The notes: generated by a model from the sequence alone, not told the origin. Positions 28,320 to 38,233 are shown, counted from the stretch's first letter. The stretch: 64,000 nucleotides of DNA from Paludibacteraceae bacterium (GCA_028694915.1 JAQVJY010000002.1:64401-128400); one strand, 5' to 3'. Numbers and translations: made by a program.

Positions 28320-29246
28320 TTACGATTGTTTTTGCTTTTGCTCTTGTTCTAGCTGTGCTCGCGACTTACTTTGAGTGACAATATACACTCCGCCAAACAC
28401 CAAAACAGCAGCCAAAATTTGCACCCATCCAAACGTATCCATACCATACATGAAAGCGATAAAAGAGGCTACAATTGGTTGTAAATAATTGTACATACTG
28501 AGCGTGGTTGGTCGTAACGATTTTTGAGCAATGGGGATGAGCAAATACGTAAAAAATGTAGCGCCAACAACCACATAAGCAATTTTTAAATAAGCAGTCG
28601 TGGGTGTGTTTGTAAAATCAAAAGTAGAAATATGACGCCAATAAATACTTGTCCCAATAATTGCGGCAAACAAGAACATCCATTTCATCAATGTAACAGG
28701 TGAATAACGTACGATTAAACCGCGGAACAGTGTCAAATACAAAGCAAATGAAAGGGCACTCGACAACAGCAGCAAAACTCCAATCAAACTACCGTTTCCA
28801 TCGACACTAATGCCGTCAGCAAAAACCAACAATAAAGCACCTGACAAACCCACCAAAACACCTAAAATTTTACGTCCAGTAATTGGTTCTTTGAGAAATA
28901 ATGCCGCAAAAAGCATGGTAATAATTGGCGTGATGGTCAACAGAATTCCTGTATCAATAACCGAAGAACGAGACAAGCCTTCGAGAAAGGCAAATTGATT
29001 GATAACAATACCAAACATGGACGCTCCAAACAACAAGAGTAAATCTTTAAATGGAACTGATTCTTTCTTCACAAACAACGAAAGTACCCAAAATAAGAAA
29101 GCTGCACCACACACGCGAAATAACGTCAACATTTGGGCATCAACATAGAGTGGTAATATGGTTTTTGAGAGTGGTAAATTTACCCCAAAGATTAAACTCG
29201 AAGTAAAAATAGCCAAATGACCGATTGATTTTTTATTAAATTCCAT
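28320..29246 (-). CDS. EamA/DMT-family transporter
   Basis: About ten TM helices arranged as two EamA repeats. Confidence 0.85.
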   Translation of the reverse strand: MEFNKKSIGHLAIFTSSLIFGVNLPLSKTILPLYVDAQMLTLFRVCGAAFLFWVLSLFVKKESVPFKDLLLLFGASMFGIVINQFAFLEGLSRSSVIDTGILLTITPIITMLFAALFLKEPITGRKILGVLVGLSGALLLVFADGISVDGNGSLIGVLLLLSSALSFALYLTLFRGLIVRYSPVTLMKWMFLFAAIIGTSIYWRHISTFDFTNTPTTAYLKIAYVVVGATFFTYLLIPIAQKSLRPTTLSMYNYLQPIVASFIAFMYGMDTFGWVQILAAVLVFGGVYIVTQSKSRAQLEQEQKQKQS

Positions 29247-29288
29247 TAATTTTCAATATAAACTCATAATTGAACCTAAACTGCTTGG

Positions 29289-29296
29289 CAAAGGTA
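29289..29296 (-). promoter_or_regulatory. candidate -7 promoter box (TACCTTTG) for the EamA gene
   Basis: The reverse complement matches TAnnTTTG and lies 43 nt upstream of ATG 29246. Confidence 0.35.
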
Positions 29297-29309
29297 CATC
29301 TTTTTTCGT

Positions 29310-29317
29310 TATCTTTG
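29310..29317 (+). promoter_or_regulatory. candidate -7 promoter box (TATCTTTG) for the ABC-ATPase/metY unit
   Basis: Matches TAnnTTTG and lies 43 nt upstream of ATG 29360. It is arranged back-to-back with the EamA box. Confidence 0.35.
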
Positions 29318-29359
29318 CAGCGTTTTATTCTCATAATCAAACTAAAAGAAGAACAACTT

Positions 29360-30259
29360 ATGGCTTTTTTAGAAGTAAAAAATGTTAGAAAACAATACGC
29401 CAACCATTTGGCGCTCGACAACGTATCGTTGGAAATTGAAAAGCAACATGTCTATGGATTATTAGGCCCCAATGGCGCTGGCAAAACTACACTTATTCGC
29501 ATAATCAATAACATAACAGCGCCTGATAGCGGAGAGGTTTTACTCAATGGTAAACCACTAAATTCAAATGACACAGCACGTATTGGCTATTTGCCGGAAG
29601 AACGTGGTTTATATAAAAAGATGAAAGTGGGCGAACAAGCGCTTTATTTGTGCCAACTCAAAGGTTTATCAAAACCTGAAGCGTTGAAACGTCTCAAATA
29701 TTGGTTCGAAAAATTTGAAATCGAAAATTGGTGGGATAAAAAAGTGGAAGAATTATCGAAAGGAATGGCGCAAAAAGTACAATTCATTACCACCGTGCTA
29801 CATCAACCAGAACTACTCATTTTCGATGAACCTTTTAGCGGTTTCGATCCCGTGAATGCGGACTTATTGAAACGAGAAATTTTGGAATTACGCGATAATG
29901 GTGCCACTATTATATTTTCCACTCACAATATGGAATCAGTAGAAGCTATTTGCGACGACATTTCGCTCATCAACCATTCACGCGTTGTGCTTCAAGGAAG
30001 CGTTAGCGACATTCAACAACAATTCAAAGAAAATATTTACAGTGCTTTAATCCGCACACAAGAGCTGAAAAACAGCGATTCATTCGACATTATTGATAAA
30101 AAAATAATGGGCAATCAAACGCAGGTGCGATTAAAAACAGCCCTTGAATCAAATGCGCTGCTACAAGCGCTCATCAGTGACTATGAAGTAAAAGCCTTCA
30201 ACGAAGAATTACCAAGTATGCACGAAATTTTTGTCAAAACTGTTACAGAAAACCATTAA
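29360..30259 (+). CDS. ABC transporter ATP-binding protein (ABC-2/NatA/GldA-like) with no adjacent permease
   Basis: Start is trimmed to MAFLEVKNV. Walker A GPNGAGKTT, signature LSKGMAQK, Walker B LLIFDEPFSGFD, and a C-terminal DUF4162-like extension. Confidence 0.85.
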   Translation: MAFLEVKNVRKQYANHLALDNVSLEIEKQHVYGLLGPNGAGKTTLIRIINNITAPDSGEVLLNGKPLNSNDTARIGYLPEERGLYKKMKVGEQALYLCQLKGLSKPEALKRLKYWFEKFEIENWWDKKVEELSKGMAQKVQFITTVLHQPELLIFDEPFSGFDPVNADLLKREILELRDNGATIIFSTHNMESVEAICDDISLINHSRVVLQGSVSDIQQQFKENIYSALIRTQELKNSDSFDIIDKKIMGNQTQVRLKTALESNALLQALISDYEVKAFNEELPSMHEIFVKTVTENH

Positions 30260-30265
30260 GATGCT

Positions 30266-31561
30266 ATGAAAACAGATCAATTACATTTTGAAACCTTGCA
30301 AGTGCACGCAGGCTTTACACCCGATGGCAATAATCCAGCAACGCCTCCTATCCACCCAAGTAACGCATTCACTTTTGATACTGCCGAGCATGGAGCCGAC
30401 TTGTTTAATTTAGATTTCAAAGAAGGAAAATCGCCCTTTATTTACACACGTCTCAATAATCCGACCAATAGTATTTTCGAACAACGTATGGCGGCATTAG
30501 AAGGTGGCGTGGCTGCCGTGGCAGTTGCTTCAGGACAAGCTGCACAAATGATTACCATCATGAACATCATGAAAAGCGGTGATAATTTTGTAACGTCTCC
30601 CTATTTGTATGGTGGTACTTACAACCAATTTTTTGTGTCATTCAAAGATTTAGGTATTGAAGCGCGCAAAGCTGCTAGCGACAAAGCCGAAGATATGGAA
30701 AAATTAATTGATGCCAATACAAAAGCACTTTATACAGAAAATATTGGCAATCCTTATTTTAATGTTCCAGATTTTGAAAAAATAGCACGTTTAGCTCAAA
30801 AATACGAAATTCCACTTATTGTAGATAATACGTTTGGCTGTGCAGGCTATTTGTGCCAACCGATTAAACATGGCGCCAATATTGTGGTAGAATCGGCCAC
30901 AAAATGGATTGGAGGACATGCCACTGTTATGGGCGGTGTCATTGTAGATGGCGGAAATTTCAATTGGGGTAATGGCAAATTCCCCAAATATACAGAACCT
31001 TCCGAAGGTTATCATGGATTAGTTTTCTGGGAAAAATTTGGGAACATGTCGTTTGCCATGCGTTGTGTAGCCGAAAATCTACGCGATATGGGAGCCTGCA
31101 TCAGTCCATTTAACTCTTGGCAGATGTTACAAGGCATTGAAACACTCTCCATTCGAGTAGAAAAAATGTGTCAACAAGCTTTAACTATGGCTCAATGGTT
31201 AGAAACACTGCCAGAAGTAAGTTCTGTGAGTTATTTAGGATTGAAAAATCATCCTTATCATGCATTAGCCAATCAATATTTACACAATGGTTATGGTGCG
31301 GTGCTTACTTTCCGAGTAAAAGGAGGGCTTGAAGCCACCACTCGTTTTGTAGAACAACTAAAACTCATAAAACACCTCACCAATGTAGGTGACGTACGAA
31401 CACTTATTACACATGCAGCAAGCACCACACACCGACAATTGAGCGAAGAAGCACAAATAGCTGCAGGCGTTTATCCAGATTTGCTACGTCTATCGTTAGG
31501 CTTAGAACATATAGATGATTTAAAACAAGATATTTTACAAGCATTTGCGGCATCCAAATAA
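30266..31561 (+). CDS. metY: O-acetylhomoserine sulfhydrylase (PLP-dependent Cys/Met metabolism enzyme)
   Basis: Conserved N-terminus FETLQVHAG and the PLP-lysine motif SATKWIGGH. Confidence 0.88.
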   Translation: MKTDQLHFETLQVHAGFTPDGNNPATPPIHPSNAFTFDTAEHGADLFNLDFKEGKSPFIYTRLNNPTNSIFEQRMAALEGGVAAVAVASGQAAQMITIMNIMKSGDNFVTSPYLYGGTYNQFFVSFKDLGIEARKAASDKAEDMEKLIDANTKALYTENIGNPYFNVPDFEKIARLAQKYEIPLIVDNTFGCAGYLCQPIKHGANIVVESATKWIGGHATVMGGVIVDGGNFNWGNGKFPKYTEPSEGYHGLVFWEKFGNMSFAMRCVAENLRDMGACISPFNSWQMLQGIETLSIRVEKMCQQALTMAQWLETLPEVSSVSYLGLKNHPYHALANQYLHNGYGAVLTFRVKGGLEATTRFVEQLKLIKHLTNVGDVRTLITHAASTTHRQLSEEAQIAAGVYPDLLRLSLGLEHIDDLKQDILQAFAASK

Positions 31562-31565
31562 AAAA

Positions 31566-31586
31566 AAGAGCAGTTTTACTGCTCTT
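31566..31586 (+). terminator. rho-independent terminator after metY
   Basis: Stem aagagcag / ctgctctt with loop tttta, then an 8-T run. The loop contains the stop codon of the convergent gene 31576..32316. Confidence 0.55.
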
Positions 31587-32316
31587 TTTTTTGTTCTTCC
31601 AAAAAGCGAATGTCGCTTGCTGGGGTTAAAACCTCTTCTCCCTTACGATAATAATAAATAATTCCGCAATCGGAACAGAGTTTCCAACGCTTATACGGAG
31701 GTAAATCTTTGTAGTTATTTTCAATAGCATCCCAAATTTCTTTGATAATTTCATCCACCTTAAACCTCATAGAGGCCACACACTCCAAATTTCGAGCTGT
31801 GCTAGTTTGAAAGACTTTTTGACTATTTTTATACTCCTTGAAAATATCAAAATGAACCTTTACCTTCGCTACAGAAGGATTTTGAAGTGGTGCACCACCA
31901 TTACGCAAACGTTCATTTTCGCCTTCAATAATATTTTTTCCCCATTCGGTAATGGCTTGTTCATTTGTTAAGTCCGGAACCGTGAAATCATCTGGATCTA
32001 ATTTATAAAAACGTTTATAGTCCTTCTTGATTTCATTACGTATAACGGTTAAATTAAGTACTTGAATGAAATGGGAAATATACAACCGCGCATTTTTTAC
32101 TATTTGCTGGTATTTTTTATTTGCAGAAACTTGATTTTCAAACGTTTGATTGTACTGTTGAATCATGTTTAAAAATAACGGATACTGCGATTTGGCTTCG
32201 TTTAGTAATTTAAACGACACGGGTAGCTCTGCCATTGACAGGTGCTCAAGTTCAATCACTTTTTCGAGCGAACGTAAGCGCGCTTGATCGGTGTTAGGTA
32301 ATCGTCTGTAAGGCAT
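31576..32316 (-). CDS. hypothetical cytoplasmic protein (Lys/Glu-rich, no recognisable domain)
   Basis: 246-aa ORF that starts 26 nt after the polyprenyl synthase stop, with no signal peptide or TM helix. The N-terminus is MPYRRLPNTDQARLRSLE and the C-terminal region contains CSDCGIIYYYRKG. Confidence 0.6.
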   Translation of the reverse strand: MPYRRLPNTDQARLRSLEKVIELEHLSMAELPVSFKLLNEAKSQYPLFLNMIQQYNQTFENQVSANKKYQQIVKNARLYISHFIQVLNLTVIRNEIKKDYKRFYKLDPDDFTVPDLTNEQAITEWGKNIIEGENERLRNGGAPLQNPSVAKVKVHFDIFKEYKNSQKVFQTSTARNLECVASMRFKVDEIIKEIWDAIENNYKDLPPYKRWKLCSDCGIIYYYRKGEEVLTPASDIRFLEEQKKEQ

Positions 32317-32342
32317 AAGGTTAAGGTATTAGGTTAATGGTA

Positions 32343-33299
32343 TTAATCGGTGCGTCCCATTAGCTGTTGAGCTAATGCCATAAATGGTTGTTTATCATTT
32401 TTATTTCCTGTAATTTTTGTCAAAGCTAGCAATGCGCGATTATAATACTCTGACATCGCCTTTTCACACAAACTAGGAATTTCTAATTTCTCGTAAACAG
32501 CTGTAATCGTACGTATTTTTTGCTCTTCAGGCATCAATTTGTCTGCTAACGTATTCTGAATTAACAAACGATCATCGTTTGTACTTTGCTTTAAGGCATT
32601 AATCAACAAAAAGGTCTTTTTCCCACACACTATGTCACCACCGATACGTTTCCCAAAACTCTTTTCGTCGCCAAATGTATCCAAATAATCATCTTTCAAT
32701 TGAAAAGCAATGCCAATAGCAATACCAAAATCGTAGAGATGTTGCGCATCATCGTCCGAAGCACCACCAATAATGGCCCCTAGCTGCAAAGCTGCACCTA
32801 ATAAGACGGCTGTTTTTAGACGAATCATGTTAAAATATTCATCTAATGCCACCTCTTCGCAGGTTTCAAAATTCATATCATACTGCTGGCCCTCACATAC
32901 TTCCAAAGCAGTACGGGTAAAAATAGGAAATAATTTAGTCCACAAATGAGCTGGCGTATTTTCTAAAAACTCGTATGACTTAATCATCATAGCATCGCCC
33001 GACAAAATAGCTGTATTAGCATTCCATTTTTTATGAACAGTCAATCTATTTCGTCGCGTTTCAGCATTATCCATAATATCATCGTGCAACAACGTGAAAT
33101 TATGAAATACCTCTATGGCCAAGGCCGCGCCCATTGCATCGTCTTTGGCACCACCAAACAAGTCGCAAGCCATAAGCACAAGCGCTGGTCTGATACGCTT
33201 ACCACCACTTTCCAATGCGTAGCCAATTGGTAAATAAAGCTCATGAGGAACTTTATTCCAATTCAGAGTTTCTAGTTGTTTATTGATGTCTGTATGCAT
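32343..33299 (-). CDS. polyprenyl diphosphate synthase (trans-isoprenyl diphosphate synthase family)
   Basis: First and second Asp-rich motifs LLHDDIMD and FQLKDDYLD. Confidence 0.88.
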   Translation of the reverse strand: MHTDINKQLETLNWNKVPHELYLPIGYALESGGKRIRPALVLMACDLFGGAKDDAMGAALAIEVFHNFTLLHDDIMDNAETRRNRLTVHKKWNANTAILSGDAMMIKSYEFLENTPAHLWTKLFPIFTRTALEVCEGQQYDMNFETCEEVALDEYFNMIRLKTAVLLGAALQLGAIIGGASDDDAQHLYDFGIAIGIAFQLKDDYLDTFGDEKSFGKRIGGDIVCGKKTFLLINALKQSTNDDRLLIQNTLADKLMPEEQKIRTITAVYEKLEIPSLCEKAMSEYYNRALLALTKITGNKNDKQPFMALAQQLMGRTD

Positions 33300-33495
33300 G
33301 ACTAACTGAAAAACAATTTGTTATTATCTGCGAATGTAGTACGTTTTTTTATTATATCAATTATTCGCACAAAAATAGCCTTATTTTTTATATTTATTTA
33401 TATTATTATTACATTAATTAACTTAAAAAGAGGGTAAAATAAATGAGCAGCCAAAATTTTAGCTGCTTATTTCAACAATTTGAATCTAAACTTTA

Positions 33496-34476
33496 TTAAT
33501 TCAGCTCATTTTCAATAATATCGGTCATGACATCTTTAATATCTAACCCTGCCGCACGAATTTGTTGTGGAATAAAGCTAGTCGCTGTCATCCCTGGAGT
33601 TGTGTTCACTTCAAGCAAGTTAATGGTGCCGTCTGGTGAAATAATGTAATCGACGCGAATAATACCTTTTGCGTGCAAAATAGTATAAATTCGCTCAGTA
33701 GTATTTTTTATGGCTTGCGTAAGTTCATTAGACAATCTGGCAGGCGTAATTTCGTCTACCTGACCATTATATTTGGCATCATAATCAAAAAACTCATTAG
33801 TAGTAACTACTTCAGTAATAGGGAATATCACCGATTTGGTTTTTGTTTTATACATGCCACTAGTGACCTCTGTACCACTTAAAAACGCTTCAATCATCAC
33901 CTCATCACCTTCGGCAAACGCCTTAGCTATAGCTGGTTGAATTTGATCAATCGTCTTCACTTTGGTAACACCAAAACTACTACCTCCTACACTTGGCTTG
34001 ATAAAGCACGGGAAACCAATTTGGTTAGCTACAGTAGTATTATCAATGGTTTCACCGGGTCGCAACACGATGGACTCTGCCACTTTAAAGCCAAAACTTT
34101 TCAAATAGTTGTTGCAGGCATATTTATCGAAGGTCAGTGCCGCTTGTAGCACATCGCAGCACGAAAAAGGCAAACCAATAAGTCGAAAATAGCCTTGTAA
34201 AATACCATTTTCACCTGGTGTGCCATGTATGGTGATGTATGCAAAATCAAACGTTACTTTGTGATTGTCAAGTACAAATGAAAAATCATTTTTATCTATT
34301 GGCAAATGACAACCATCGGGCAATTCTACTTGCCATTTTTTACCCACAATAGTGACAATATATTTCGTGTATTTGTCACCGTCAATAAATGAATTTAAAC
34401 CAGCTGCACTACGCAAAGAAACTTCCCACTCCGAAGAGTCTCCTCCTGCAACAATTGCAATAATTTTTTTCATCAT
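33496..34476 (-). CDS. ddl: D-alanine--D-alanine ligase
   Basis: ATP-grasp fold, N-terminal IAIVAGGDSSEWEVS and C-terminal LLEVNTTPGMT. Confidence 0.92.
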   Translation of the reverse strand: MMKKIIAIVAGGDSSEWEVSLRSAAGLNSFIDGDKYTKYIVTIVGKKWQVELPDGCHLPIDKNDFSFVLDNHKVTFDFAYITIHGTPGENGILQGYFRLIGLPFSCCDVLQAALTFDKYACNNYLKSFGFKVAESIVLRPGETIDNTTVANQIGFPCFIKPSVGGSSFGVTKVKTIDQIQPAIAKAFAEGDEVMIEAFLSGTEVTSGMYKTKTKSVIFPITEVVTTNEFFDYDAKYNGQVDEITPARLSNELTQAIKNTTERIYTILHAKGIIRVDYIISPDGTINLLEVNTTPGMTATSFIPQQIRAAGLDIKDVMTDIIENELN

Positions 34477-34492
34477 CGTTCTATTTTAAAAG

Positions 34493-35575
34493 CTATTCTT
34501 GCAAACTATTAGGCGAATATTTTCGCCATTTATCGAGTAAATTAATCATGTCATCAGGCAGCTCGCTATCAAACTGCATCCAATCGCCAGAAGTAGGATG
34601 TACGAAGCCTAAGGTCTTGGCATGCAACGCTTGACGCGGACAAACATCAAAGCAATTTTTGACAAATTGTTTATATTTTGCCGAGGTTGTGCCTTTTAAT
34701 GGTTCATGACCTCCATAGCGTTCATCATTAAAAAGTGTGTGGCCAATGTGTTTCATGTGGACACGTATTTGATGCGTGCGTCCTGTTTCGAGCTTGCATT
34801 CTACCAAAGTGACATAAGCGAAACGTTCAATCACTTTATAATGTGTAACAGCATGTTTCGCTGCTGGATTTTCACCTTCTGGAAATACGGTAAACAACAT
34901 GCGGTCGCGCGGATCACGTGCTAATGCGCCAATAATAGTTCCTTCCTCTTCTTTTACCACACCCCAGACTAAAGCATTATAAGTGCGTTCGGTTGTCTTA
35001 TTAAAAAATTGAAGCGCTAATTTTGCTTTAGCATCCTCATTTTTCGCAATTAAAATCAAACCTGAAGTGTCTTTATCAATACGATGAACGAGGCCTATAC
35101 GCGGGTCGTTTGCATCAAACGAAGGATCGTCTTTTAAATGCCAAGCCACGGCATTGAGTAATGTACCATCAAAATTACCAAATCCAGGATGTACTACCAA
35201 GTTAGGTTGTTTGTTTACCACCATTAAGTCGGCATCTTCATACACCACATCTAGTGGAATATCTTGGGCTACAATAGAAAAATCACTTTTAGGATAATCG
35301 AGAACGATGCTTATAACATCGTGAGGTTTGATACGATAATTAGCTTTTACAGGACGGTCGTTAACCAAAATAGTTCCAGCATCGGCAGCTTCCTGTATGC
35401 GATTACGGGAAATATTTGACATACAATTGACCAAATACTTATCAATGCGAAGTAAGGCCTGACCTTTGTCCACAACAAAACGATGATGTTCAAATCGCTC
35501 ATTTTGAAGTAAAAAATCATCTACTTCTTCATCTATATCGTCAAGGAACTGGTTTTCTTGCATGCCCGAAATCAT
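34493..35575 (-). CDS. rluD: RluA-family 23S rRNA pseudouridine synthase (RluD-like)
   Basis: S4 domain followed by the catalytic motif HRIDKDTSGLIL and GRTHQIRVH. Confidence 0.88.
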   Translation of the reverse strand: MISGMQENQFLDDIDEEVDDFLLQNERFEHHRFVVDKGQALLRIDKYLVNCMSNISRNRIQEAADAGTILVNDRPVKANYRIKPHDVISIVLDYPKSDFSIVAQDIPLDVVYEDADLMVVNKQPNLVVHPGFGNFDGTLLNAVAWHLKDDPSFDANDPRIGLVHRIDKDTSGLILIAKNEDAKAKLALQFFNKTTERTYNALVWGVVKEEEGTIIGALARDPRDRMLFTVFPEGENPAAKHAVTHYKVIERFAYVTLVECKLETGRTHQIRVHMKHIGHTLFNDERYGGHEPLKGTTSAKYKQFVKNCFDVCPRQALHAKTLGFVHPTSGDWMQFDSELPDDMINLLDKWRKYSPNSLQE

Positions 35576-36403
35576 TTAAAAGAAATCTTCTTCAGTAGTT
35601 TCTTTCGAACTTTTTCCAGACATTTTATCAGCATCTTTGGTCAACCAAATATTGATACGGCGACCAAGTTCGTAAGACGTTGTTGGTTCTGGAGATTGAC
35701 GATAAACAAAGTAGTTTGCTTTATCAGCCTCATTGGTAGGAGGCACATCGAAATCGACGGAGCCCACCACGAAATTATTTTGCAGAATCAGTTGTTCAGC
35801 GGCCGACTGTGTAAATCCAATTAAATCGGGTGCAACAGCGGTTTCGCCTTGTGTTTGGGAGCCCACAATGAGTACAACACTTGCGCCTGCGCGCAACCTA
35901 TCGCCTGCGCGAACGGGAGTTTGTCCAACACGAATTCCCATCACTAAATCAGGAAATTCAGACGGTTTATATTCTATATTACTTACCACAAATCCGATAG
36001 CCTCCAATGTAGCTCGAGCCTGACGATAAGATACGTTTTGAACTTGAGGCAAAATAATCATCTTATCAGATTTTGAATTTAAAGTCAAATAAACAATCCG
36101 ACCAGTTTTCACGTTGCTTTCGGCACGTGGTATTTGCTCTAGAATTTCGCCTTGTAATTTATCGCGAACATAAACAGAATCAACTACTTGATAGGATAAA
36201 TCTTGCTTTTTGAGCAAAACATCTGCTTCTTCTACATAAAGTCCTGTAACATCGGGTACTGCGACTTGCTCACCATGTTTTGTGAAAAATTTCAACGAAA
36301 ACAATACAATGATTGTCAAGACGATGACTGACAGAATTGCCACACCGACATTTATCCAAAAAAACTTGCTTTTGAGAAAATTAAAAACTGTTGGTAGACT
36401 CAT
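35576..36403 (-). CDS. PASTA domain-containing membrane protein
   Basis: Start is trimmed to MSLPTVFNF (ATG 36401-36403). One TM helix, then three PASTA-like repeats. The stop abuts the rluD start. Confidence 0.75.
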   Translation of the reverse strand: MSLPTVFNFLKSKFFWINVGVAILSVIVLTIIVLFSLKFFTKHGEQVAVPDVTGLYVEEADVLLKKQDLSYQVVDSVYVRDKLQGEILEQIPRAESNVKTGRIVYLTLNSKSDKMIILPQVQNVSYRQARATLEAIGFVVSNIEYKPSEFPDLVMGIRVGQTPVRAGDRLRAGASVVLIVGSQTQGETAVAPDLIGFTQSAAEQLILQNNFVVGSVDFDVPPTNEADKANYFVYRQSPEPTTSYELGRRINIWLTKDADKMSGKSSKETTEEDFF

Positions 36404-36439
36404 AATCTCGATATATTGAATGGGTTCATAAATAACGCC

Positions 36440-36447
36440 CAAAGGTA
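36440..36447 (-). promoter_or_regulatory. candidate -7 promoter box (TACCTTTG) for PASTA-rluD-ddl
   Basis: The reverse complement matches TAnnTTTG and lies 37 nt upstream of ATG 36403. Confidence 0.35.
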
Positions 36448-36543
36448 CAATTATTTTATAAATAAATTGGTTGAAAACAAAAAAAAGCAAAGATTGACAT
36501 CTTCACTTTTTCTTATTTTTGTGTGGTTTTAGTTTCTAAACCA

Positions 36544-36702
36544 TTAAGCCTTTTTGCAGTATTCATCAGATACTGTCAATTTTTTTCTGCCACGAGCACG
36601 GCGTGATGCTAATACACGACGACCGTTTGCAGTTGCCATTCTTTCGCGAAAACCATGTTTGTTTTTGCGTTTTCTGTTCGAGGGTTGAAATGTTCTTTTC
36701 AT
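36544..36702 (-). CDS. rpmH: 50S ribosomal protein L34
   Basis: A 52-aa ORF absent from the supplied track because it is under 60 aa. My hand translation gives [52 protein letters not shown], the canonical L34 sequence. Confidence 0.88.
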   Translation of the reverse strand: MKRTFQPSNRKRKNKHGFRERMATANGRRVLASRRARGRKKLTVSDEYCKKA

Positions 36703-36748
36703 TGCTATCGTTATTTTGTGTTATTTCTTGACCTTCCAATTAGGGCTG

Positions 36749-36756
36749 CAAAGATA
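36749..36756 (-). promoter_or_regulatory. candidate -7 promoter box (TATCTTTG) for rpmH
   Basis: The reverse complement matches TAnnTTTG and lies 46 nt upstream of ATG 36702. Confidence 0.35.
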
Positions 36757-36888
36757 GATATATTTTTTCAATGCGCCAACAAAAGAACTTCATTTTTTGT
36801 TGAAAACTTTTTCAAGCCAATAAAAACCACCGAATTTTCACCAAAAAATTGTACCTTTGCACCTTATTTACAAGTTCACAGTTAATTT

Positions 36889-38205
36889 ATGAAAAAGCTA
36901 TTTATAGAAACATACGGATGCCAAATGAATGTGGCCGATAGCGAAGTGGTTGCATCTATCATGCAATCAGATGGTTTTGAGCTAACCGACACCATAACAG
37001 GCGCCGATGCCATTTTGGTCAACACCTGCTCCATTAGAGATAATGCAGAACAAAAGGTAATCAGCCGTTTACAATATTTTCAGTCGTTAAAACGCAAAAA
37101 ACACGGATTAATCGTTGGCGTCATTGGTTGTATGGCGGAACGGGTACAAGAAGAGTTAATCAAAGATCACGGTGTTGATTTTGTGGCTGGGCCAGATGCT
37201 TATCTCGATTTACCAAATTTAGTAGGCGCAGTAGAAAAAGGTGAAAAAGCAATTAATATTGAACTATCAACTACCGAAACATATCGAGAAGTACTGCCAG
37301 CACGCATTGGAAAAGCAATTTCTGGTTTTGTAAGCATTATGCGTGGCTGCAATAATTTTTGTTCATATTGCATTGTTCCCTACACCCGTGGACGCGAACG
37401 TAGCCGCGATATGGAAAGCATTCTCAATGAAGTAAAAGACTTAGATACACGCGGTTACAAAGAAGTGACACTGCTTGGACAAAATGTAAATTCCTACAAA
37501 TTCGAGAAAGAGGGTCAAACTATTGGTTTCCCTGAATTGCTGGAACAAGTTGCCCTAGCTGTTCCTAATATGCGTATCCGTTTTACCACCTCACATCCTA
37601 AAGATATGAGCGATGCTACGCTCGAAATGATTGCGAAATACCCAAACTTGTGTAAGTTTATTCACTTACCAGTACAAAGTGGAAGTAATGCGGTGCTAAA
37701 AGCGATGAATCGCAAATATACGCGTGAGTGGTATCTAGAACGAATTGCGGCTATTCGTCGTATTTTACCAGAAGCTACTATCGGAACCGATATTTTCTGT
37801 GGATTCCACAACGAAAGCGAAGAAAATCATCAAGAAACCTTGAGTTTGATGCGCGAGGTAGGTTTTGATGCCGCCTTTATGTTTAAATACTCCGAACGCC
37901 CTGGAACTTTTGCTGCGAAAAATTTACCTGATAATATTTCAGAAGAAGAAAAAGTGCGTCGATTAAATGAAATCATCGCTTTGCAAATGGAACTCAGTCA
38001 TGAGTCGAATAAACGCGACGTGGGAAAAACATTCGAAGTGCTGGTTGAGGGTTACTCTAAACGATCACGCGACCATTTTTGTGGACGCACATCGCAAAAT
38101 AAAATGGTGGTTTTCCCGAAAGCTGGCCGAAAAATTGGAGATTTTGTACATGTTACAATAACCAAAGCCACTGCTGCCACTTTACTAGGTGAAGTAGCCG
38201 AATAA
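36889..38205 (+). CDS. miaB: tRNA-i6A37 methylthiotransferase MiaB
   Basis: N-terminal ETYGCQMN, radical-SAM cluster motif CNNFCSYC and a C-terminal TRAM domain. Confidence 0.9.
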   Translation: MKKLFIETYGCQMNVADSEVVASIMQSDGFELTDTITGADAILVNTCSIRDNAEQKVISRLQYFQSLKRKKHGLIVGVIGCMAERVQEELIKDHGVDFVAGPDAYLDLPNLVGAVEKGEKAINIELSTTETYREVLPARIGKAISGFVSIMRGCNNFCSYCIVPYTRGRERSRDMESILNEVKDLDTRGYKEVTLLGQNVNSYKFEKEGQTIGFPELLEQVALAVPNMRIRFTTSHPKDMSDATLEMIAKYPNLCKFIHLPVQSGSNAVLKAMNRKYTREWYLERIAAIRRILPEATIGTDIFCGFHNESEENHQETLSLMREVGFDAAFMFKYSERPGTFAAKNLPDNISEEEKVRRLNEIIALQMELSHESNKRDVGKTFEVLVEGYSKRSRDHFCGRTSQNKMVVFPKAGRKIGDFVHVTITKATAATLLGEVAE

Positions 38206-38233
38206 AAAATCAAAAACTAAAAATAAACTCAAT

